Source: the human T2T-CHM13v2.0 reference genome, Homo sapiens. Taken from it: DNA of 64,000 bases. The translations under genes and the position numbers were made by a program. How positions within the stretch are numbered: position 1 is the first letter of the stretch; each line of letters starts with the position of its first letter. This document shows positions 41,471-56,400 of the stretch, piece by piece. The stretch lies in NCBI RefSeq assembly GCF_009914755.1, contig NC_060935.1; one strand, given 5' to 3'. The notes beneath the pieces are model-generated. The model was not told the DNA's origin. It worked only from the letters and a program-made list of their open reading frames with translations, and did no database searches.

Positions 41471-42870
41471 GAAGAAGAGTAGTTTTATTTCTGAATCACC
41501 TAACAATTCAGTAATTAAGGGGCATATAGGATAACAGTGACATATTTATTGCATTAATTGAGCTTTTACTATTGTCAGAGCACTAAGTGCTTCACACACA
41601 TTATCTCATTTAATCCTCAAATCAACCTTATGAAGTTGGTAGCATTATTCTCCTTTTTTATAAAAGGACACTGATATTAGCAAGGTTAGATGACTTGTCC
41701 AAGGTCATACTGGCAGTGACAGACAAAATCATTATTTAAACCTAGGTCTGTTTCATTCTAGAGCTTGTATTCTGCTCATTATGCAATGCAGTCTCCATAA
41801 ATCAGCTGCCAAAGAAGACCAGGGTTAAATCTTGCAGCTAACCTACCTGGAACATAATCTGCCAGGTACTGAATTAAATTTACGAGAAACCACCTAAAAT
41901 GGCATCGAAGTTTTAAATCAGCAACGAAGACCAACACTTAAAAAGTATCTGTATTATGGATAACTGAACTCCCCAGTTCACCTGGAAGTGCCAACAAGCC
42001 CCTTCTCCTCCTGGTATAGTTGAGTTTCTCAGCTGCAGACCATATACTCATCCTTAGCCACAGAGTCTTGAAACTGATGGTATTTCAGTACAGATTTTAT
42101 CAGTCAAAGATACCAACCACACTCCATCCTCCCTCTCTGTAAACTGGAAATATCATTCATAGGAGTAAAATTAGACTGCAAGACCATTCTAACTGCTTCT
42201 GATTCAAGTTGGAAGCATATGGAATAAGTTAGTGAAATAAAAGCAATTTGTACATTGCTTGAGATACAGACTCTCAGAGGGACATTCATCATTCAGGGCA
42301 CTGTCGGGGGGAATCTTGGACTGAACGAGAGATTAGATTTCCTCTCCATTTTCAAAGAACTGTTGAAACTCACAGAACTCTAATAAAAACTAAGTAATTC
42401 TTTCAGATCAAGCAGATCCCAGAAAGAATCTCTTTCCTCGGACAAAAGGCATGCTAGCAATTTGCTGTGGGTTGCAGGAATTTAATTCAGGATTCAAGAA
42501 ATTTACCAACAGAAATTCATACGTACAGTGCACTACAGACAACATTTCTGAAGACTTATTCACTGTTTGCTGACCAAGGCTACCATGCAATTGCTTCTGG
42601 AATGCATAAAGCAGAAAGCCTTGGCCTCACTTAGGAAGAGGAGATTGAAGAGTAGACATAAACCTCCTGTGGCCAAGAATTCAAACAAATGTTCACAATC
42701 CACACCTTGCAGATGGAAATCCATCTTTGTTTTTATAGTTTTACCTAGAAAGCCCTCTGGCTGCAGGCTTTCCAAAACTCAGATTCCAAGGAGATAAATT
42801 TTGGTCCATTGTAAGCTGAGACTTTAAGACAGTGTGCACTAGAGATGGAGCTAGGTCAAGGTCTACTTAC

Positions 42871-42999
42871 GCATGCAGTCTCCTCCGTACCAGCCTGCTC
42901 GGCACTCTGCACAGTAGAACCCCTTCACATAGAAGTCATCCAAGGTACCCCCCCATGAGCCATTTCGGCAGCTCTTGCAGTTTTCAAAGATGGTACAAC
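42871..42999 (-). CDS. PAMR1: PAMR1 coding exon (probable exon 3), 129 nt, phase 1-1, (G)[42 protein letters not shown]
   Basis: Acceptor gtttcag|GT and donor ATGC|gtaagt; lies inside ORF 42863..43099; EGF-like C-terminal motif CxxCxxGWxGxxC. Confidence 0.96.
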
Positions 43000-43832
43000 C
43001 TGAAACATTCCCAAGAAGAGGAGTGTTAGGCCAAAGCACCTGCGAGTTCTGATCAGCTGCATGGGAGCACAACTGCACCTTCTCAGGGCCCTGTCTCAAC
43101 TAAGAGCATCTGGGCCTAGAAAGGTGTCAGAGCCCAGAGGAAGAACCTCTCATCTCAAGGAAACTGCTAGAGGCACCAGAATTCAGACTGGGGAGTTTAG
43201 AAGGGTGGTCTCAACGAGTATCCCAGGTAGTGGCTGCTGTTTTAAAGTAACATGAAATTGCCTGCAGGAAACAGAAGAATCTATCAATATAGAGTCTTTT
43301 GTATAAATGTTACGTGTTTATTGTGGAATTTTTAGAAAATTTAGACCAGTAAAAAGAATTAAATAAAAAATATCTAAAACCCCATCACCCAGGCTATTGC
43401 TAACAGTCTTTCTCTGCCTATATACACATACATGTTTTAAATTAGACTTATATTACTTATGGTACATTGTTTTTGTAACTTACTTTTGAATTTCATAATA
43501 GACAGTAAATATCTTCCTGCCATATACTTCCGTAATGAAAGCATGCCATTGGAAACAACTCTCCTGTCTAACAATAGGCTCACCGTGGAATGTGTCGGGC
43601 TCCCCACAACCAGCAGGCCACACCAGAGGGGTCTGTGTGATTCCCCAACAAGGACCAGTTTAAAAACATGGCCTCTTGAGGGAGAGGGGGGTCGTGAGAA
43701 AAAGTACAAATGATTCAATCCCACTTAACAAAATGGAGAACTGAGTTCTGGCTCTGCCATCGTGCAGCTGTGTGTCCTTGGGCAAATTGTTTAAGCTTTC
43801 AGTGACTCAGTGTCCTCATTTGTCAAACTGGG

Positions 43833-43864
43833 TGATATGATTTGGATCTGTGTCCCCACCCAAA
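43833..43864 (+). mobile_element. 32-bp 5' stub of an MST/THE1 LTR between a MIR and an L2
   Basis: tgatatgatttggatctgtgtccccacccaaa matches the first ~32 nt of MSTA. Confidence 0.6.
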
Positions 43865-43869
43865 GAAGC

Positions 43870-44712
43870 CAGAGCATCCGACTTGACTCTGTTCTTCCCT
43901 TCCCTCTCCTATCCCACCCGATAGATCCCAACGTGTGGTCAATTCCATTCTCAGATCCCAAATCCCTCTACCTCTCACCATCCATAGAGCTTCTACCTTT
44001 ATTAAGGTCCCCATTATTTCTCTCCTGCCTCTAGTCATGCGTGTCCTCCAATCCTTTCCCCATACTACAGCTAAAGAGAAAAATCTGCTTTCCCTTCTTT
44101 ACTAAAAGATTTCCAATGTTATCAAAATATCTTCAGTATATAGCCTAAACTTTGAAGCACAGTTTGCAAAGCACTTCAGGATCTGGCTCTTGTTCCTCCC
44201 TTCAGATTGCTCTCTCTTAATCTTTTCTCATTCATTAATTCCCTCTCACTCTCCCTCTCCTTCTCCCTCCCTCTCTCCATCTATCCAGGTCTCTCATCAC
44301 ATACACATTTCTCCTGCCGGACTGTGCTAGTTGCATCTCCCAAAACCCATGCTTCCTCTTGCCACAGGACCTTCGCACATGTTATCCTCTGTGGCTTGAC
44401 TTCTCCTCCCCATCCGCCTCACCTTGTTTAGTCTGCTTCTCCCATCAGCATGCTCACCACCTTCTCTAGTAAGTCTTCACTGACTTTCCTCCCACCTGCC
44501 CCCATTCCCATCCATGTTGCCATAGTACCCCATGCTTCTCTATCATAGCACTTACTACACTGTATGGTAGCTGCCTGTTCTCCATATCCCCCCAGGCTAT
44601 AAGCTCTGGGAATGCCGGAAGTGTGTCTTTTGTTTTATCATTGTATTCCCAGTACCCCACATGGTACATAAAGCTGCTCAGTCAGCTTGTTAAATGAATG
44701 AGTGAATGAATT
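43870..44712 (+). mobile_element. L2 LINE fragments
   Basis: Ends aagctctgggaatgcc...ttgtattcccagtacc...ttgttaaatgaatgagtgaatgaa. Confidence 0.6.
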
Positions 44713-44921
44713 CAAAGTTTCACAAGTTTAACACTGAAAAGAGTACTGACTCCTTTTATTCCTGTGCCTTTAGTTAGAATGGGCTGAATTGTGTCACTTT
44801 TCATAATCATGGCACCACAGCCTCCTGATGGCTGCCTGCTAGAATTCAGGCGTTCAGCCTGTTCCTGTTCATTACCTCCAACAACATGAAGGCAACCTGA
44901 AGTCTCCCATTCCACACTCAC

Positions 44922-45098
44922 CTGGGTGGATCAGGCAGGAGTCACACTCATTCTCCTCATTCCTGCAGCAAGGGATGGTATAACCCACGACTTCCCTCTT
45001 TCCGGGGCAGACGCACTCAATCTGATCATATTCACAGCACTCCCGACACATGATATTCCACTCTGCTCCAGGGCAGGCTTCATTAATGACTGTGTACT
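44922..45098 (-). CDS. PAMR1: PAMR1 coding exon (probable exon 2), 177 nt, phase 1-1, Cys-rich module (E)[58 protein letters not shown]
   Basis: Acceptor ttccatttcag|AG and donor CCAG|gtgagt; open frame with 10 Cys. This frame is not in the ORF track and was translated by hand. Confidence 0.95.
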
Positions 45099-45102
45099 CT
45101 GA

Positions 45103-45458
<356 letters not shown>

Positions 45459-46974
45459 CAGGGAGTGGTAAGACTCTTAAGTACTCTACTGCTAAGAGGC
45501 AACCTTGCCCTATAAATGCATTGCCCTGCCCGAATGAGAAAGAAGACCCATGTGAATTCTTCCCAGGCCAATGTCTCCAAAGTAGGGAGACCTACCCCAA
45601 GGAATATTTAAAACCACGCATGGGAGCATAGATGAAGTTTGTTATAACTGCTATTCATTTTTATTTTTATCTTTAAAAAAAGAAATCAAGTTTCATCAAT
45701 ATATAATCTAGGTGGATTGACAATAGAACCTGTATATAATTTATAAACCAGCACACATCTCTTAGGTGTCTATGCTTATTTATATTTTTGTTAGAATACA
45801 TCAGGCCACTGTTTACATAGGTTGTGCACTGCACAGATCCATAGCGAGCCATTAAACTGCATGACTACATACTGCAGCCCAGGCATGTGGCCATCAGAAA
45901 ATTTGGAGACCAGTCTCCACACCAGGTCATTCAAGTGCAAGGCCAATTGCCAAGTAGAGACTATGTCATTTCTTCCAAACTTGGCCCCTCAGTTTTTCAG
46001 CGTGCCATTTTCATAGTACCTTCAAAGCGAAAACCAATAGAAAAGACAAAAAATACCTTAATTAGTATGTTTGGGAGAATTTCACTGTTTTACAATGGTG
46101 AACTCATTAGCCCAACTTCATTCAGGCGCCAAGTGCAACTGAGTGTTCTTTCTCATAAGAAAAAAAAAAAAAATCCCTTTCTGGGCAGGATTCTTTCCTT
46201 CTCATTTTCTTTTTTTATATATACCTTCAGTAAAGAGAAAAACCATCTGGCAAAACCTATAAGAGGAATCAGTCAGAGGCTGCCCAGAAGAAGTCAGGCT
46301 AAGAAACAGACCTTCTAGTTTTGATTTCCTCTTCTTTTTCCCCACTCTCTATTTCTAAAAATTTTGCACAAAGATGACAATTACAGCTGAAATGAATTGG
46401 ATATTTGAGGAAGTGAATCCGGACAAGATCCCCACAAAACCTTCCCAAGAAACTCCAGGCAGGGATCACCAGCATGCTTCGTAGGCCCGCATAAATGAAT
46501 TCTAGCACCTGCAGTGGCTTCTAAACCCTTGAATTTCATAGTTTCCTCCCCAAATTAGGAAGTGTGACACAGGGTTGATCACTCTCAATTTTCCAAGTAG
46601 AGCCATTTAAATAAACTATCATCATCTATCTTAGCCTCAGGTCATAAGAACATGCTAATATCATAGAAGGCAGACACTCGCACAATGAGGGACAGTTATT
46701 TAAATGGAATAAATTTAGTTTCATGAAAATTTGACTTTTTAAATCATTTTTCCACAAATTAGTGGGCCAGAAAAGATCCTTACATTGGTGTTTGGGAATG
46801 AATGGCTACATCATCATAGCATAATCGCCACTGAGATTTCTTTCCACCACTACTGTCTGAGCCCCTTCAGGGTGACCACCATGACTTACTTAGCTGCGCT
46901 TCCCATGTCTCTGATGTTTTACTGACAAAGTGAATGACTTCTAAAATCTGGATGAGAATTTAATGGTTAAAAGT

Positions 46975-48385
46975 GAGGAACAGCAGAAGGAAACATAGGA
47001 GTAAATCTCCATCCATGATCTTGGATTTGGCTATGGATTCTTAGACATGACACCAAAAGCAGGAGCAACAAAATAAAAATGAATTAGACTTTATCAAAAT
47101 TAAAAATGTTTGTGCAGCAAAGGACATTATCAAATAAGTGAAAAGACCACCCACAAAATGGGAGAAAATATCAGAAAATATTTCTGATAAAGGCTTGATA
47201 TCCAGGACATATTTCTAAAACTCATACAACTCAACCATAAAAAAGACAACATAGTTTTTTAAATGAGCAAATGACTTGAATAGACATTTCTCCAAAGAAG
47301 CTATATAAACGGCCAACAAGCACACAAAAAGATGTTTAACATCACAAGTCATTTGGGAAATGCAAATCAAAATCACAATGAGCTACCACTTACTAGGGTG
47401 GCTATGATCCAAACCAAGGGAAAAATGGAAAACAAGTGTTGGCAGAGAAGTAGAGAAATTGGAACCCTTGTATATTGCTGATAGAAATGTGAAATGGTGC
47501 AGCCCCTGTGGAAAACAGTTTGGCAGTTCCTCTTAAAGCTAAACAGAATTGCCCAGCAATTACACTTCTAGGTATAGATCTAAAAAATTGAAAACAGAGA
47601 CTCAGAGATACTTGTATGCCAATGTTCATTCACAATAGCCAAAAGGTGGAAACAACTCAATTTTCCATCAAGAGACAAATGGATAAACAAAATGAGGTAC
47701 ATGGGCTGAACGCAGTGGCTCACACCTGTAATCCCAACACTTTGGGAGGCTGAGGCAGGCAGATCACTTGAGGCCAGGAGTTTGAGACCAGCCTAGCCAA
47801 CATGGTGAAACCTCATCTCAACTAAAGATACAAAAAATTAGGCGGGAGCAGTGGTGCACACCTGTAATCCCAGCTACTTAGGAGGCTGAGGCACGAGAAT
47901 CGCTTGAACCCAGGGGCAGAGGTTGCAGTGAGCCAAGATTGTGTCATTGGACACCAGCCTGGGAAACAGACCAAGACTCTTGTCTGAAAATAATAGTAAT
48001 AATAACAAATAATATAAAAAATAAAAAATGAGGTACGTGCATACAATGGAATATTATTCAGCCATGAAAAGAAATGAGGAGCTGCTAGGTGCTACAATGT
48101 AAATGAACCTTGAAATCATGCCAAGCAAAAGAAGCCAAACACAAAAGGACAAATATTGTCTGATTCTACTTAAATGCAATATCTACAATAGGCAAATTCA
48201 TAGAGACAGAAAGTAGATTAAAGGTTACCAGGAGCTGGGGGAAAGCTGAATGGAGAGGTGTTGCTTGATGGTTACAGAGTTTCTGTTTGGGGTGGTGAAC
48301 TAGATACAGGTGATGGTTGCACAATCACAGGAATCTAATTAACGCCACAGAATTATACACTTAAAATGGCTAAAATGGCACATTT
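46975..48385 (+). mobile_element. L1M(A/B) 3' end interrupted by an AluS
   Basis: L1 ORF2 C-terminal-like sequence (gacttgaatagacatttctccaaagaag...gaaatgcaaatcaaaatcacaatgag) plus an L1MB-type 3' UTR. Confidence 0.82.
47704..48024 (+). mobile_element. AluS, TSD aaaatgaggtac
   Basis: TSD at 47689-47700 and 48025-48036. Confidence 0.92.
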
Positions 48386-49399
48386 TCTTAGCCTTCTCTA
48401 TCCTTCCACTCCTCCTCTGATTATCTGCACTGGGCTTTAAGTACCCCTTAGCTCTCCCTTCATTGTACATTTATATCTTCCTATAGGTAAAATGTTTTTG
48501 TGTGTCCATAAACCCTAAGACCATGTTGACCACTCTGAATTTTCAATAAATGGTGATTGATCAACTATAACATGTCACTGTACTGATATTTATTACTGTA
48601 CTACATTATAACATTCAACTTCTCTTCTTTCTCATTGCAAGTAAAATATCTAAAAATTATAACTCAATACAGCTTTCTTTTTTTATATATATAGCTTCTT
48701 TTTAACATAGAAAAAAATCATATTTTCAAAGGCTGAGAGAATGAAGGGAAGCCATCCAGTTAGAAAGGATAGCATACCCAAAGGCCACAGGATGGAAATA
48801 AACACAGGCCATATGCACAGGACAAAAACCAAGCTTACTTGAAAGTAGCAAAGACTATGAATCCTGTGCAAGTTCTTGTTTACATCACATGCTCCTACCT
48901 GTGCCAAGTTTTCCTAGTGGAATGTGTGTTATTAATAATATGCTGTAGTTTTGTAAATCCATGTGGTATAGCCCATTATTCAAATTATTCAAATTTTGGT
49001 ATTTGTGATACCAGAAAAGGGCACATTTTATGTTATCTACATATATATTACCACAATTTTTTAATTGTGAAAAGTCGAGGAGGGAGAGTGAGAGAGAACA
49101 AATTGGTTAGAGGCTCAAACATGGGAGTCAACAGACCTGCATTTGGAATCTCCCTCTGCTACTTGCCTTGGCAAAGCTACGTTACTCTCTCAGTCTCAGT
49201 TTAGTATCCAGTAAAATGAGTGTACATTTTCTCCAATTTAGGCCTGTTGAAAATACTAGACAAAATAATGCATATAAACAGCTTAGCACAGCACCCAGTA
49301 TGTACTAAACATTCAGAAACTAATAGCTTAGAAAGAAAAAAAGAAAAACAATAGAGAATGCTCATATTTCTCAAGGATATGGTTTTTTACGTATGTCAG

Positions 49400-49910
49400 A
49401 TCAATTTCTTGCTTAAAATGGTCACCTTGCTTCCCATCGCTTTTGCAGTAACCCTCAAATTCTCTGCCCCAGCCCACAAGGCCTTTGAGGCCTATGCTCA
49501 CCCGACTCCGTCCACCTTTTCCTGGCCACTGTTTCCCACCTTCTCTCCATTTCTCAAAACCACCAAGCTCTGGCCCACCTTGGGACTCCACATTTGCTTC
49601 TCCCAAGGCCTCCGTCTCAGGCCTTCACGTAAATGACGCCTGTTCAGAGAGGTCCTCCCTGGCCTTCCCCTCCAAAATGCACACCCCTTCGATCCCATCC
49701 GTGGTTATTTCTGTCTCACTATCCTATGTGTTTCCTTTCCTGGTCCTTACCACAGTTGAGAATCGTTTTCTGTTCTCATTTACCTGCTGACTGTCTGCCT
49801 CCCTTACATGCCCATAAGCTAACAGGAGCCACATCAAAACTGTTCACCACTGCCAGGGCAGGGCTGGCTGGCACACAGAGGTGCTGAATAAATATCTGTT
49901 GAATGAATTC
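49400..49910 (+). mobile_element. L2 LINE 3' fragment
   Basis: tcagagaggtcctccctggcc...ggctggcacacagaggtgctgaataaatatctgttgaatgaat. Confidence 0.7.
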
Positions 49911-50455
49911 GGCCTGAACTTAAGAGCTACCCTTCCTTCACTAGTCAAATATTTCCATCCAGTGGGTTCAGCTTGGAGCCATGAGCCAGGAGAGCCAGTT
50001 GTGCCTCTAACTTGTTGATACCAGAGCTGGGTGCCTTTCCTCCCACAGCGAGGTATCTAGACATGGGGGTCGAGGTGGCCCGCCTTGGGTTCATATTTCT
50101 GGACTCCAGCCCCCACCCTGTACAGATGTATGTTCGTTCCACTCTCTGAACAGCGAATATGCCCATGGGGTGTGGCTCATGCCTCACCCCCTCCCTCTAT
50201 TCACCCTGCGGCAAGCACTACATCCTTCTAGGTTTTCTAATAATTTTGTAAATACTAATAACTCAAGGGAGGACACCAACAGGATAAATAATTTGCAACT
50301 TTTATAAGATTCTGTACATCAACATGGAAGGCCATTTAAGGTTTGTTCCACTCCCTGTTTCCCCCTAAGCAGCAGATTCGTTCACCTCCGGCCTGTCACA
50401 TGCCAGGGGTCTCCCTTTTACCCAGGAATTAATTCCCTAAAATAGCTTTATTGGT

Positions 50456-50609
50456 ATTTCTCTTTACTCCAGTGAGCAAGCCCACCTCAGCCCTCTTTAC
50501 TCCATTACTGTTTACTTTATAGATAAGATCCATTTCTCTTTACTCCAATGAGCAAGCCCACCTCTGCCCTCTTTACTTCATTGTTATTTACTTTATAGGT
50601 AAGATCCAT
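50456..50609. repeat. 76-bp tandem duplication (2 copies) with internal ctctttactcca sub-repeats
   Basis: atttctctttactcca(g/a)tgagcaagcccacctc...tttactttatag(a/g)taagatcc begins at 50456 and at 50532. Confidence 0.9.
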
Positions 50610-50639
50610 CTCAGTCTAAGGGAATGACCCCAGGGAATC

Positions 50640-51063
50640 CTGGCAGAAGGGATTTTACAGATGTGACTAGTTTAAGAATTTTGAGATGAGAGGCATATGC
50701 TGTAATATCCAGGTGGAACCAATGTAATCACAAGGCCCCCCGTAAGAGGGAGGCAGGATGGTCAGAGTCAGAAAGGAGGTGTGCCGACAGAAATGGAGGT
50801 TGGAGTGATGTACTTTGAAGATGGACTGTAGAACCACAACCCAAGGAGGCAGGCAGGCAACCTCTAGAAGTCTGAAAAGGCAAATAAACAGCTTCTCCTG
50901 TGGAGCATCCAGAAGGAATGCAGCCCTGCCAACCCTTTGATTTTAGTCTTGTAAGATTCATTTTAGACTTCTGACCTTCGCGGCTGGAAGGTAATACATG
51001 TGTGCTGTTTTAAAGCCCTAAAGTTGTGGTAATTTGTTACAGTATCAGTAGGGGACTAACATA
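50640..51063 (+). mobile_element. MLT1C/D MaLR LTR
   Basis: gattttacagatgtga...aatgtaatcacaagg...ccagaaggaatgcagccctgcc...gtggtaatttgttacag. Confidence 0.8.
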
Positions 51064-51466
51064 CTGGGACTTCTTGAAAGAAAGGTTAGCCCACAGCAAG
51101 TCTTTGAATCACTCTGTTCCTCATTTTCTCCACTGAGCACAATGCCAAGAGCAAGGGTGAATCGATGAACTCATTCTTTTGTTTTTCAAGTATTTATTGA
51201 GTGTTGACTACATCCTAGGCAAGAGATGGGGCGCTGGAATACAATAGAAAAAAAATAGACATCATCACTAGCCTGATGGTGCTCACAGTTCAATAGAGAA
51301 GACATTGGTCAAACGACCCCACAAATACATAATCATAAACCACAACAGGGAAAACTTAGAATGCTATAAGAATGAATGAGTGGTCATGAAGGGGCATTAG
51401 CACCAAATCTACCGACCTCGTCGGGTTAGGGAGGTTTAAATAAAATTACAGAAAGAAATCCATCTA

Positions 51467-52470
<1,004 letters not shown>

Positions 52471-53061
52471 CTGCTCCCACATATGAGTAAGAACACGCAA
52501 TATTTATGGTTCTGTGCTTGCTTATTTCACCTAACATGATAACCTTCAGTTCTATCCATGTAGCTGCAAATAAGAGGATTTCATTCTTTCGTATAAATAA
52601 ATAATATTCCCTTATATATAGGCACCACATTTTCTTTCACCAATCATCCACCGATGGGTACTTAGGTTGATTCCATATCTTGTCTATAATGAATAGTGCT
52701 GCAATAAACATAAGAGTGGAGATGTCTCTTTGATATATTTCCTTTTGGATATATTCCCAGTAGCGGAATTGCTGGATCACATGGTAGTTCTATTTTTAGT
52801 TTGCTGAGAAACCTCCATACAGTTTTCTATAATGGCTACACTAATATACATTCCCACCAACACTGTACCAGGGTCCCTCTTTATGTCTTCACCAGCATGT
52901 TATTGCCTGTCTTTTTGATAAAAGCCATTTTAACTGGGTTGAGATGATATCTCATGGCGGTTTTCATTTGCATTTCTCTGCATTTTTTTCATATACCTGC
53001 TGGCCATTTGTATGTCTACTTTTGAGAAATGTCTATTCAGATCTTTTGCCCATTTTTAAAT

Positions 53062-53485
53062 TTAATTAATTAATTAATTAATTTTTAAGTTCTGGGGTAC
53101 ATGAGCAACATGTGCCGGTTTGTTACATAGGTAAACATGTGCCATGATGGTTTGCTGCACCTATCAATCCATCACCCAGGTATTAAGCCTGGCATGCATT
53201 AGCTCTTTTTCCTAATGCTCTCCCCCAACCCACCTTCTTCTGACAGGCCCCAGTGTGGGTTATTCCCCTCCCTGTGTCCATGTGTTGTCATTTTTCAGCT
53301 CCCACTCATAAGTGAGAACATGCAGTGTTTGGTTTTCTGTCCCTGTGTGTTAGTTTGCTGAGGATAATGGCTTCCGGCTTCATCCATGTCCCTGCAAAGG
53401 ACATGATCTCGTTCCTTGTTATGGCTGCATAGTATTCCATGGTGTATATGTACCACATTTTCTTTGTCCAGTCTCTCATTGATGG
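53062..53485 (-). mobile_element. Short L1PA 3' end nested in L1MA, 18-bp TSD ttttgcccatttttaaat
   Basis: TSD at 53044-53061 and 53486-53503. Confidence 0.9.
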
Positions 53486-56400
53486 TTTTGCCCATTTTTA
53501 AATCAGATTTTTTTTGATATTGAGTTGTTTTAGCACATTGTATCTTCTGCTTATTAATCCCTTGTCAGATGGATAGCTTGCAAATATTTTCTCTCATTCT
53601 GTGGTTGTCTCTTCAATTTGTTTGGGAAGCCTTTAAGCTTCATGTATTAATAATCCCAGTTGTCAATTTTTGCTTTCATTGCTGTGCTTTTGACGTTTTC
53701 CCCAAAAAATCTTTGCCCAGATCAATGTCCTGGAGCATTTCCCCAATGTTTTCTTTTAGTAGCTTCATAGTTTCATGTTGGATTTAGTTTTAATTCATTT
53801 TGATTTGATTTTGTGTATAAGAAATAACGGTCAAGTTTCATACTTCTGCATATACATATCCTGTTTTCCTGGCACTATTTATTGAAGAGACTGTTCTTTT
53901 CCCCATTGTATGTTCTTGGTACCTTTGTCAAAAATGAGGTGGCTATAAGAAATGTGGGCTTGTATCTGGGTTCTCTATTCTGTTTCACTGGTCTATGTGT
54001 CTACTATTATGTAAGTACCAGGCTGGTTTGGTTACTACAGCTTTGTAGTATACTTTGAAGTCATGTAGTGTGATGTCTCCAGCTTTTTTTTTTTTCTTGC
54101 TCAGGATTGTTTTGACTATTCAGAATCATTTGTGATTCCATATCAACTCTAGGATTGTTTTTTCTATTTCTGTGAAGAATGTAATTGGTATTTTGATTAA
54201 GAGTTGCACTGAAGATTCAGTGCTTTGAGTAGCATTGCTTTGAGTATAAATTGCTTTGAGTAGTATTGTCATTTTAATGGTATTAATTCTCCCAATCCAT
54301 AAGCATGCAATATCTTTCCATTTTTTGTGACCTCTTTAATTTCTTTCATCAGTGTTTCATAGTTTTCCATGTATAGCTCTTTCATTGCTCTGGTTAAATT
54401 GACTCCTAGGTATTTTATATTCTTTGTAGCTATTGTAAGTGGGTTACTTTCTTGATTTGTTTTTCAGATTATGTTGGTGTATATAAATGCTACTGATTCT
54501 TATAGGTTGATTTGTATTTTATGACTTTACTGAATTCATTTATCAGTTCTAACAGTTTTTTGGTAGAGTCTTTAGATTTTTTTTAAATATAAGATTATTT
54601 GGTCTGCAAGCAAGGCTAATTTGACTTCTTCCTTTCCAAATTGGATGTCCTTGATTTCTTTCTCTTGTCTAATTGCTCTGGCCAAGACTCCCAGTATTAT
54701 AATGAATAACAAAAGTGGTGACAGTGGGCATCCTTGCCTTGTTCCCAATCTTAGAGGGAAACCTTTCCATTTTTTTCCCCATTAAATATGATATTGGCTG
54801 TTGGTTTGTCACATATGGCCTTTACTATTTTGGACTATGTTCTTTCTATGCCTAGTTTTTTCAGGGTTTTTATCATGAGGGGATGTTGAATTTTATCAAA
54901 TGCTTTTTCAGCATCTATTGAAATGATCACATGGTTTTTGTTCTTGATTTTTTTGATGCATGTATCATGTCTGTTTATTTGCATATTATTTGAATCATCC
55001 TTGCATCCTTGGGATGAATCCCACTTGATCATGGTGAATGATCCTTCTAATGTGTTGTTGAATTCAGTTCGCTAGCATTTTGTTGAAGATATTTGCATCT
55101 GGGCTCATCAGTGATATTCGCCTCTACTTATCTTTTTTGCTGTTGTTCTATCCTCGTCTGGTTTTGATAATAGGGCAATGCTAGCCTCATAGAATGAGTT
55201 TGGAAATATTCCCTCTTCAATTTTTTTGGTAGAGTTTAAGGAAAATTGGTATTAATTTTTCTTTAAATGTTTGGTAGAATTCAGCAGTGAAGCCATCAGA
55301 TGGTCCTGGGCTTTTCTTTGATGGGAGACTTTTTATTACAGCTTCAACCTTGTTACTCATTATTGGATTGTTGGGGTTCTCTATTTCTTCCTGGTTCAAC
55401 CTTGGTAGGTTTCAAGTGCCCAGGAATTTATCCATTTCTTCTAGGTTTTCCAATTTGTTGGATTATAGTTGTTCATAATAGTCTCTAATAATTCTCTGTG
55501 TTTCTGTGGTCTTGGTTATGTCTTTTTTCATTTCTAATTTTATTTAATTGGGATTCCTCTTTTTTTAATTTTAGCTAAAGGTTTGTTGATTTTGTCTTTT
55601 CAAAAAACCAACTTTTTGTTTCATTGCTTTTCTTAATTTTTTTAGTCTCAATTTAATTTATTTCTGCTCTAATCTTTATATTTCTTTCCTTCTACTTACT
55701 TTGGGATTTTTTTTGTTGTTCTAGTTCCCTGAGGTGCATTGTTACGTTATTTGAAGTCCTACCACTTTTTTGGTGTAGGTGTTTATTGCTCCAAACTTCC
55801 CTCTTAATACTATTTTTGCTGTACCCCATAGATTCTGGTATGTTGTATTTCCATTTTCATTTGTTTGAAGAAATTTTTAAATTTCTTTCTTAATTTCTTT
55901 ATTGACCCATTAGTCATTCATAGGCACATTGTTTAATTTCCATGTATTTGCATGTTTTCCAAGGTTCCTCTTGTTATTTATTTCTAGTTTTATTCCACTA
56001 TGGTCAGAAAAGATAACTGATATAATTTCAACTGTTTTGAATTTGTTGAGACTTGCTTTATGGTCTATTCTGGAGACTGTTCCATGTTCTGATGAAAATA
56101 ATGTGTATTCTGTAGCAACTGGGTGAAATCTACTGGGTAAATGTCAGTTGGATCCATTTAGTCTACTGTGTAGTTTAACTCCAATGTTTCTTTATTTTTT
56201 GATTGAATGATCTGTCCATTGCAGGGAGTAGGGTGTTGAAGTCCCCTACTGTTATTGTATTGCAGTCTAACTCTCCCTTTAGATCTATTAATGTTTTCTT
56301 TATATACTTGGGTGCTCTATTGTTGGGTGCATACATTGTTGGGTGCATAGATATTTATAATTGTTATATCCTCTTGCTGAATTGACTTCTTCATATTATA

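Noticed and set aside
45887-46318. 143-aa plus-strand ORF
   Set aside because: Low-complexity poly-K from an A-tract, no homology recognised, antisense to the intron.
50456-50609. Repeated ctctttactcca motif with spacers (CRISPR-like look)
   Set aside because: Eukaryotic DNA, and the 'spacers' are themselves duplicated; this is a simple tandem duplication.
50640-51063. Antisense MLT1D as a second exonised LTR
   Set aside because: An acceptor-like ttaccttccag is present, but I found no matching donor and stop codons follow closely.
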